This document shows, piece by piece, positions 57,676-64,000 of a stretch of DNA of 64,000 bases (position 1 is its first letter; each line of letters opens with the position of its first letter). The notes below the pieces were generated by a model that had not been told where the DNA came from, searched no databases, and worked only from the letters and a program-made list of their open reading frames with translations. A program made the translations under genes and the position numbers. The stretch is from Gammaproteobacteria bacterium (GTDB taxonomy: Bacteria; Pseudomonadota; Gammaproteobacteria; HK1): positions 7,645 to 71,644 of the forward strand of contig JAJFJV010000005.1 in assembly GCA_021773635.1 (NCBI GenBank), written 5' to 3'.

Positions 57676-58584
57676 ATGGATGCGAAACAGCGGAGATGGT
57701 ACGAGCAATTTCTACATCATCTGGCGGTGGAGCGGCGCCTGTCGCCCCATACCGTTGCCGCCTACCGGCGCGACCTGGGTAGTCTTCGGCGGTTCTGCGA
57801 CCAGCAGCAGGTCGACTATTGGGCGGCAATGAATCCAGCCATGGTGCGCGCCTTGCTGGCCTGGCGTCACCGTCAGGGATTGGGCGGCCGGAGCCTGCAG
57901 CGGCTGCTATCCACGATACGCGGTTTTTTTAGCTATCTGCTTCGCGAGGGCCAGATCACCCGTAATCCGGCCCAGGGCATTAGTGCCCCGCGGGCGCCTG
58001 CGCGCCTGCCCAAAGCCCTTGATGTCGATGGCATCAGCAAGCTGCTGAACTTTCCCGATACCGATCCGCTGGCATTGCGGGATCGGGCCATGCTGGAACT
58101 ACTCTATTCCTGCGGTTTGCGTCTGGCCGAACTGGTTGGGCTCAATCAGCGCAATCTTGTGCCGGGGGTTCGGGAGTTGCGGGTGTGCGGCAAGGGCAAC
58201 AAGACCAGGATACTGCCGGTTGGCGGAGCGGCCTTGAGGGCCCTCAAGGCCTGGTTGGAAGTGCGCGGCCGTTTTGCGGTGGCAAATGAACCCGCGCTCT
58301 TCGTGAGCCGGCGCGGCAACCGCCTCAGTCCGCGGGCACTGCAAATGCGTTTACGCAAGTGGGGGTTGGCGACCGGAACTGGTGGCGCCCTGCATCCGCA
58401 TATGTTGCGCCACTCCTTTGCCACCCACCTGCTGGAGTCCAGTGGTGATCTGCGCGCCGTGCAGGAGCTGCTGGGTCATGCCAGCATCAGCACCACGCAG
58501 GTCTATACCCACCTCGATTTCCAGCACCTCGCCGCGGTTTATGACCAGGCCCATCCACGGGCAAAGAAGCAAGCAAGAAAATAG
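57676..58584 (+). CDS. xerC: tyrosine recombinase XerC
   Basis: FLHHLAVERRLSPHTVAAYRRDL, the catalytic residues in GLRLAELVGL, HMLRHSFATHLL, and LGHASISTTQVYTH are present. Confidence 0.9.
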   Translation: MDAKQRRWYEQFLHHLAVERRLSPHTVAAYRRDLGSLRRFCDQQQVDYWAAMNPAMVRALLAWRHRQGLGGRSLQRLLSTIRGFFSYLLREGQITRNPAQGISAPRAPARLPKALDVDGISKLLNFPDTDPLALRDRAMLELLYSCGLRLAELVGLNQRNLVPGVRELRVCGKGNKTRILPVGGAALRALKAWLEVRGRFAVANEPALFVSRRGNRLSPRALQMRLRKWGLATGTGGALHPHMLRHSFATHLLESSGDLRAVQELLGHASISTTQVYTHLDFQHLAAVYDQAHPRAKKQARK

Positions 58585-58657
58585 CCCTGCTGTCGGCCAA
58601 GCTATCGCCCCGATGCGGTACAATCGCCTCCCTTCAAATTAGCGAGAGGAATTCGAT

Positions 58658-59206
58658 TTGCGGCAGTTTGATGGCACGACGATTTTGCTGGCCCGCCGGG
58701 GGGACCGGGTGGTCCTCGGGGGTGACGGTCAGGTGACCCTGGGTGATACCGTGGTCAAGGGTAACGCACGCAAGGTACGGCGCCTGTTCCATGATCAGGT
58801 CATTGCCGGCTTTGCCGGTGGTACGGCCGACGCCTTTACCCTGTTCGAGCGCTTCGAAGGCAAGCTGGAAAAGCATCAGGGAAATCTCACCCGTGCGGCG
58901 GTGGAACTGGCCAAAGACTGGCGTACGGATCGCATGCTGCGTCGCCTGGAAGCCCTGCTACTGGTGGCTGATGCACAGTCCTCTCTCATCATTTCCGGCA
59001 ATGGCGATGTGATTGAACCGGAGCATGCTGCGGCGGCTATTGGTTCGGGCGGTTCCTATGCCCTGGCGGCGGCCCGTGCGCTGCTGGAGCACAGTGAACT
59101 GGGTGCTCGCGATGTGGTTGAAAAAGCCATGACCATTGCCGCTGATATTTGTGTCTACACCAACCAACAACTGGTTATCGAGGAGCTGGAAAGCCACTCC
59201 TCCTGA
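58658..59206 (+). CDS. hslV: ATP-dependent protease subunit HslV
   Basis: [38 protein letters not shown]...[13 protein letters not shown]. It has a TTG start with 6 residues before the catalytic Thr. Confidence 0.9.
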   Translation: MRQFDGTTILLARRGDRVVLGGDGQVTLGDTVVKGNARKVRRLFHDQVIAGFAGGTADAFTLFERFEGKLEKHQGNLTRAAVELAKDWRTDRMLRRLEALLLVADAQSSLIISGNGDVIEPEHAAAAIGSGGSYALAAARALLEHSELGARDVVEKAMTIAADICVYTNQQLVIEELESHSS

Positions 59207-59272
59207 TCTTCAAATGCCGCGCGAGCAACTATCCGCCTGCGGCCACTACCGATTCGAGTTACCACCATCGCT

Positions 59273-60601
59273 ATGGAACAAATGACCCCACGAGAGATCG
59301 TCCACGAGCTGGACAAACACATCATTGGCCAGGCCGCTGCCAAGCGCGCGGTTGCCATTGCGCTTAGAAATCGCTGGCGACGCGCCCAGGTGGATGAGAG
59401 CCTCCGAGTGGAGATCACGCCGAAGAACATTCTCATGATCGGCCCGACGGGCGTGGGCAAGACCGAGATTGCCCGGCGGCTGGCGAAACTTGCCAATGCG
59501 CCTTTTATCAAAGTAGAGGCGACAAAGTTCACTGAAGTGGGCTATGTAGGTCGTGATGTGGAGTCCATCGTGCGCGATCTGCTCGACGTGGCGGTGAACA
59601 TGAATCGCCAGCAGGAGGTGGAAAAGGTTCGCCACCGGGCCGAGGATGCGGCGGAGGAGCGCATTCTCGATATCCTGCTGCGTCCGGCCCGGGATCAGGG
59701 TGCGGAAGAAGATGCCAAGGGTGCCGATACGCGGCAGAAATTTCGCAAGATGCTGCGCGAAGGCAAGCTCGACGAGCGCGAGATTGAAATCGAGGTCAGT
59801 GCCCCCAGCGTGGGCGTGGAGATCATGGCGCCGCCGGGGATGGAGGAACTGACCAATCAGTTGCAGGGCATGTTCCAGAATTTGTCCGGCAGCGGTTCCA
59901 CCAAAACGCGCAAGCTGCCCATTGGCGAGGCCTTCAAGCTCCTGAGTGAGGAGGAGGCGGGCAAGCTCATTAATGACGAGGATCTGAAGCTGCGTGCGGT
60001 CAACGCGGTGGAGCAAAATGGCATCGTCTTTCTCGACGAGATCGACAAGGTCACCAAGCGCAGCGATCAAACCGGTTCCGATGTTTCCCGCGAGGGCGTG
60101 CAGCGGGATTTGCTGCCCCTGGTGGAGGGCTCCACGGTGAGTACCCGTTTCGGCATGGTACGCACGGACCACATCCTGTTCATTGCCTCCGGTGCATTTC
60201 ATCTTGCCAAGCCGTCGGATTTGATTCCGGAGTTGCAGGGACGGTTGCCCATTCGGGTTAACCTCGATGCGCTGGATGCCGGGGACTTCGTGCGCATCCT
60301 CACCGAGCCGGATGCCTCGCTGACCGAGCAATACACCGCGCTCATCAAAACCGAGGGTCCGGAGATCCGCTATACCGGGGATGGCATCGAGCGCATTGCC
60401 GAGGTGGCCTGGCAGGTCAACGAGCGCACCGAGAATATCGGTGCCCGCCGTTTACACACCGTGATGGAGCGCTTGCTGGAGGAAGTATCCTTCGATGCGC
60501 CGGAGCTCGACGGTAGTGAAATCGTGGTGGATGGTGCCTACGTGGATGAGCATTTGGGTGAGCTGGTGGAGGACGAGGATCTGAGCAAGTACATCCTTTA
60601 G
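59273..60601 (+). CDS. hslU: ATP-dependent protease ATPase subunit HslU
   Basis: [34 protein letters not shown], Walker [16 protein letters not shown], and Walker [11 protein letters not shown] are present. Confidence 0.97.
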   Translation: MEQMTPREIVHELDKHIIGQAAAKRAVAIALRNRWRRAQVDESLRVEITPKNILMIGPTGVGKTEIARRLAKLANAPFIKVEATKFTEVGYVGRDVESIVRDLLDVAVNMNRQQEVEKVRHRAEDAAEERILDILLRPARDQGAEEDAKGADTRQKFRKMLREGKLDEREIEIEVSAPSVGVEIMAPPGMEELTNQLQGMFQNLSGSGSTKTRKLPIGEAFKLLSEEEAGKLINDEDLKLRAVNAVEQNGIVFLDEIDKVTKRSDQTGSDVSREGVQRDLLPLVEGSTVSTRFGMVRTDHILFIASGAFHLAKPSDLIPELQGRLPIRVNLDALDAGDFVRILTEPDASLTEQYTALIKTEGPEIRYTGDGIERIAEVAWQVNERTENIGARRLHTVMERLLEEVSFDAPELDGSEIVVDGAYVDEHLGELVEDEDLSKYIL

Positions 60602-60604
60602 AAC

Positions 60605-60970
60605 ATGAAGGAAAACCCCCCACCCACCCCCACCGAGATTCACTATCATCGGCAGTCCAGGATGCTGGAGTTGGCCTATGCCGATGGCCAGCGCTTTAAA
60701 CTCAGTGCCGAATACCTGCGGGTACACTCCCCCTCTGCCGAGGTTCGTGGTCATGGTCCGGGTCAGGAGGTATTGCAGATCGGCAAGGAAGATGTCGCTA
60801 TCAGCCGGATCGAGCCGGTGGGGAATTACGGGGTGACCTTGCATTTTGACGATGGCCACAATAGTGGAATCTATTCCTGGAATGTATTCCACGATCTCGC
60901 GACCAATCAGGAGCGCTATTGGCCAGAGTACCTGGAGCGCCTCGAACAGGCGGGACATCAGCGGGCATGA
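60605..60970 (+). CDS. DUF971-family protein
   Basis: The 121-aa ORF has LRVHSPSAEVRGHGPGQ...GNYGVTLHFDDGHNSGIYSW. It occupies the conserved slot after hslU. Confidence 0.7.
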   Translation: MKENPPPTPTEIHYHRQSRMLELAYADGQRFKLSAEYLRVHSPSAEVRGHGPGQEVLQIGKEDVAISRIEPVGNYGVTLHFDDGHNSGIYSWNVFHDLATNQERYWPEYLERLEQAGHQRA

Positions 60971-61713
60971 CAGAAGAGCAAACCCACTTCGGTTTTGAGA
61001 ACGTCTCCCCCGGAGAGAAGACCGAGCGCGTGCGCGGCGTCTTTGATTCGGTGCAGGGGCGCTATGATCTCATGAACGATCTGATGTCACTGGGCGTGCA
61101 CCGCTGCTGGAAACGCTTTGCCATCGACACCGGTGGCATCCGGCCTGGCCACCGCGTGCTGGACGTGGCAACGGGTACCGGTGACTTGGCCACGGCCCTG
61201 GCCCGGCGGGTGGGTGAAAAGGGGCGGGTGGTGGCCACCGACATTAACTTGGGCATGGTAGGCCGGGCGCGTTCCCGGCTGCTCGATCGGGGCCTGGCGG
61301 GCAACCTCAGCTATCTACAGTCGGATGCAGAAAGCCTGCCCTTTAAAACCGGTTATTTCGATCGCATCACCATGGCCTTTGGTTTGCGTAACGTTACCCG
61401 CAAGGAGCGGGCACTGGCCTCTTTGCAACGTGTGCTTCGACCCGGTGGCAAGGTGCTGATTCTGGAATTCTCCACCGTGGCCCTGCCGGTGTTCAAAGAA
61501 CTCTACGAGCGCTATTCCTTCCAGTGGATCCCCTTCCTGGGAGAGCGCATTACCGGCGATGGTGACAGTTATCGCTATCTGGCGGAATCCATCCGCATGC
61601 ACCCGGATCAGGAGAGCCTCAAGTCCCTGATGGAGGCGGCTGGTTTCGAGCGCTGTGATTATTTTAATCTCACCGGCGGCGTGGTCGCCCTGCACGTGGG
61701 TTACAAGTTTTGA
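60967..61713 (+). CDS. ubiE: ubiquinone/menaquinone biosynthesis C-methyltransferase UbiE
   Basis: The ATG at 60967 forms an ATGA overlap with the upstream gene. THFGFENVSPGEKTERVRGVFDSVQGRYDLMNDLMSLGVHRCWK and VLDVATGTGDLA are present. Confidence 0.93.
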   Translation: MTEEQTHFGFENVSPGEKTERVRGVFDSVQGRYDLMNDLMSLGVHRCWKRFAIDTGGIRPGHRVLDVATGTGDLATALARRVGEKGRVVATDINLGMVGRARSRLLDRGLAGNLSYLQSDAESLPFKTGYFDRITMAFGLRNVTRKERALASLQRVLRPGGKVLILEFSTVALPVFKELYERYSFQWIPFLGERITGDGDSYRYLAESIRMHPDQESLKSLMEAAGFERCDYFNLTGGVVALHVGYKF

Positions 61714-62321
61714 TTAGCACGGTGGAGAGTCTGATCGGCGGCGCAATCAACCGCTTGCTGTCCCTCGACCCGGATAGCGGACGCCTGCTGGAAGGGCTTG
61801 CCGGCAAGCTTATCGCGGTACGGGTGCGGGACACCGATCTGGTGGTTTATCTGCTTCCCAGTGCCGACGGCATGGCCTTTGCCTTTGACCATCCGGGTCC
61901 CGCGGACGTCACCGTCACCGGTACGCCCATCGAACTGATGGCCCTGTTGCGGGGTACGCGGGAAAGCGGTATCGCACCGCGTGGGGTGAGTATTGAGGGC
62001 GATACGCATGTACTCCACCAGTTGCAGGACATTGCCGGCCGGCTCGACCTCGACTGGGAGGAGGGCCTTTCCCGGGTGATGGGAGACATTGCCGCACACC
62101 AGGTGGGTAACGTATTGCGTTCTACCTGGCGTTGGGGCGAACGTGCCCGTGGTGCGGTGCTCGATGACCTGGGTGAGTATCTGAGCGAAGAGATCCGGAT
62201 CGTTCTGGGGTCACAGGCGGTGGACTCTTTTGCTGCCGACGTGGATCGCCTGCGGGACGATGTGGCGCGGCTGGAACAACGGGTCCGCCGGCTCGGTACG
62301 GATATCGGGAGTTTGCAGTGA
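61710..62321 (+). CDS. ubiJ: ubiquinone biosynthesis accessory factor UbiJ (SCP2 domain)
   Basis: The 203-aa ORF sits between ubiE and ubiB and overlaps both. It has an SCP2-like N-terminal half and a C-terminal amphipathic helix ([18 protein letters not shown]). Confidence 0.75.
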   Translation: MISTVESLIGGAINRLLSLDPDSGRLLEGLAGKLIAVRVRDTDLVVYLLPSADGMAFAFDHPGPADVTVTGTPIELMALLRGTRESGIAPRGVSIEGDTHVLHQLQDIAGRLDLDWEEGLSRVMGDIAAHQVGNVLRSTWRWGERARGAVLDDLGEYLSEEIRIVLGSQAVDSFAADVDRLRDDVARLEQRVRRLGTDIGSLQ

Positions 62322-63982
62322 ATCGCCTGCTTCAGACCTGGCGCCTGCTGCACATCAATGTGGTACTGGTGCGTCACGGCCTGGACGAGATTATTCTCGA
62401 CATCCACCTGTTTCGCCCGCTCCGCTTCCTGCTTTACGTGCTGCCGTGGAACTGGGTGCGCGGTTCCCTGCCGCCGCGCGGGGTGCGTATCCGCCGTGCC
62501 CTGGAGGAGTTAGGCCCGGTCTTCGTCAAGTTTGGTCAGGCCCTCTCGGTGCGGCCGGACCTGGTACCGGAAGACATAGCCACGGAACTTGCCAGCCTGC
62601 AGGACCGGGTGCCGCCCTTTGCCGGGAGCGAAGCCATGGCTCGGGTCGCTGCCGCGCTGGATCGCCCGCTGGACGAGGCCTTCCTGGAGTTTGATAAAGA
62701 GCCCTTTGCCTCGGCTTCCATTGCCCAGGTGCATGGCGCACGTCTGCATGATGGCAAGGACGTGGTGGTCAAGGTGGTGCGCCCGGGCATCGAGCGCATC
62801 ATTCGCCGCGACGTGGGACTGCTTTACACCATCGCGGATCTGGCTGCGCGTTACTGGCGTGATGCCCGGCGCCTGCGCCCGCGAGAGGTGGTGGCGGAAT
62901 ACGAGAAGATCATCCTCGACGAGCTCGATCTCATGCGCGAGGCGGCTTCGGCCTCCCAGCTGCGGCGCAATTTTGAGGGGGCCAGTGAACTCAAGGTGCC
63001 GGAGGTGTACTGGGAATACACCCGTCCCACGGTGATGGTGATGGAGCGCATCTACGGGATTCCCATCAGCGATACCGCGACCCTGAGCAAGCAAGGCTTT
63101 GATCTCGAGGTGCTGGCGCAGCGCGGTGTGGAGATCTTTTTCACCCAGGTCTTTAGCCATAATTTTTTCCACGCCGATATGCACCCGGGGAATATCTTTG
63201 TGGCCCGGGACAGCGTGGCCGACCCGCAATATATCGCCGTCGATTTCGGCATCATGGGCAGTCTGATGCCCGCGGATCAGCATTATCTGGCGGAGAATTT
63301 CCTCGCCTTTTTCAATCGTGATTACCAGCGGGTGGCGGAGTTGCACGTGCTTTCGGAATGGGTGCCACCGGGTACCCGGGTGGATGAGTTCGAGGCCGCC
63401 ATCCGTTCCGTCTGCGAACCCATCTTCGAGCGCCCCCTAAAGGATATTTCCTTCGGGCATCTGCTGGTGCGCCTGTTCCAGACCGCGCGGCGTTTCGATA
63501 TGGAGGTGCAGCCACAACTGGTGCTGCTGCAAAAGACTTTGCTGAACATCGAGGGCCTCGGCCGCCAGCTCTATCCGGACCTCGATCTCTGGCAAACCGC
63601 CAAGCCTTTTTTTGAAGACTGGATGGACCAGCAGTTGGGGCGCAAGGCGTTGTTCCGCGAGTTACGCAAGCATGCACCGCGCTGGGGCGAAGCCCTGCCG
63701 CGCCTGCCGGGGCAGATCTTCGACGTACTGGAACAGGCCCGGGAGGGTCGTCTGCGGGTTCGTCTCGGCTCCGATGAGCTGAACGCCTTGCGACGGGAAA
63801 TGCGCGCGGGCAACCGGCGCACCGTTATGGCTATCGTCGGTGCCGCTCTGCTGGTCAGTGCCGCGGTGATACTCGGCCTTGATGGCTACGGTCCCGTTAT
63901 GGTGGCCGGTATGCCGGTGGTGAGCTGGGCGCTTGGCGGGCTGGGTATCTTCTGCATATTCTCCGCCTGGCCCGACGAATAA
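62318..63982 (+). CDS. ubiB: ubiquinone biosynthesis regulatory kinase-like protein UbiB (ABC1/AarF)
   Basis: [46 protein letters not shown] and two C-terminal TM segments are present. Confidence 0.93.
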   Translation: MNRLLQTWRLLHINVVLVRHGLDEIILDIHLFRPLRFLLYVLPWNWVRGSLPPRGVRIRRALEELGPVFVKFGQALSVRPDLVPEDIATELASLQDRVPPFAGSEAMARVAAALDRPLDEAFLEFDKEPFASASIAQVHGARLHDGKDVVVKVVRPGIERIIRRDVGLLYTIADLAARYWRDARRLRPREVVAEYEKIILDELDLMREAASASQLRRNFEGASELKVPEVYWEYTRPTVMVMERIYGIPISDTATLSKQGFDLEVLAQRGVEIFFTQVFSHNFFHADMHPGNIFVARDSVADPQYIAVDFGIMGSLMPADQHYLAENFLAFFNRDYQRVAELHVLSEWVPPGTRVDEFEAAIRSVCEPIFERPLKDISFGHLLVRLFQTARRFDMEVQPQLVLLQKTLLNIEGLGRQLYPDLDLWQTAKPFFEDWMDQQLGRKALFRELRKHAPRWGEALPRLPGQIFDVLEQAREGRLRVRLGSDELNALRREMRAGNRRTVMAIVGAALLVSAAVILGLDGYGPVMVAGMPVVSWALGGLGIFCIFSAWPDE

Positions 63983-64000
63983 ACACCTTGCGTGTGTCTG

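Noticed and set aside
58570-58615. A sigma-32 heat-shock promoter for hslVU was considered, based on CCCCGATGC resembling the CCCCATnT -10.
   Set aside because: There is no CTTGAAA-like -35 at 13-15 bp spacing. The TACAAT at 58619-58624 could equally be a sigma-70 -10. This cannot be resolved by eye.
1-64000. The whole window was scanned for tRNA/rRNA genes, CRISPR arrays, IS or transposase genes, phage integrases, toxin-antitoxin pairs and known defence-system genes.
   Set aside because: None was recognised. The only recombinase is the housekeeping xerC in its normal dapF-DUF484-xerC context. No spacer-repeat periodicity or cloverleaf-sized conserved intergenic segment was seen.

Overview
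This is a 64-kb chromosomal segment that is GC-rich by eye (roughly 55-60%), from a Gammaproteobacterium. It is tightly packed with about 55 protein-coding genes. I found no rRNA, tRNA, CRISPR array, IS element, integrase cassette or prophage. Most of the window is a patchwork of housekeeping blocks whose internal order matches E. coli or Pseudomonas: rpe-gph; gcvR/dapA-bamC; der-bamB-yfgM-hisS-rodZ-pilW-rlmN-ndk; iscA-iscR-cysE; valS-holC-pepA/lptFG; dcd-apbC/metG; nth; dapF-DUF484-xerC; and hslVU-DUF971-ubiE-ubiJ-ubiB. Four regions look accessory. (1) 2.6-10 kb holds an EF-hand lipoprotein, a co-oriented TPR-sulfotransferase and TPR-methyltransferase pair behind a 358-bp AT-rich leader, a porin and OmpW. 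(2) 10.2-22 kb holds an operon of two tandem TAXI-TRAP receptors, a fused permease, a Usp protein and a class-III aminotransferase, divergent from a 1631-aa NAD-glutamate dehydrogenase. (3) 49.1-56 kb holds a CHASE2-adenylate cyclase convergent with FHA, PP2C and a CHASE2-Ser/Thr kinase. This is the most system-like candidate for something uncharacterised. (4) A roughly 47-nt structured intergenic repeat occurs upstream of ndk and upstream of lptF, with one compensatory base-pair change between copies. Other oddities are an isc locus reduced to iscR-iscA, the absence of ispG between rodZ and hisS, and a disrupted NUDIX gene. All calls come from reading motifs in the supplied translations and the DNA by eye. 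No database search, HMM or folding program was run.
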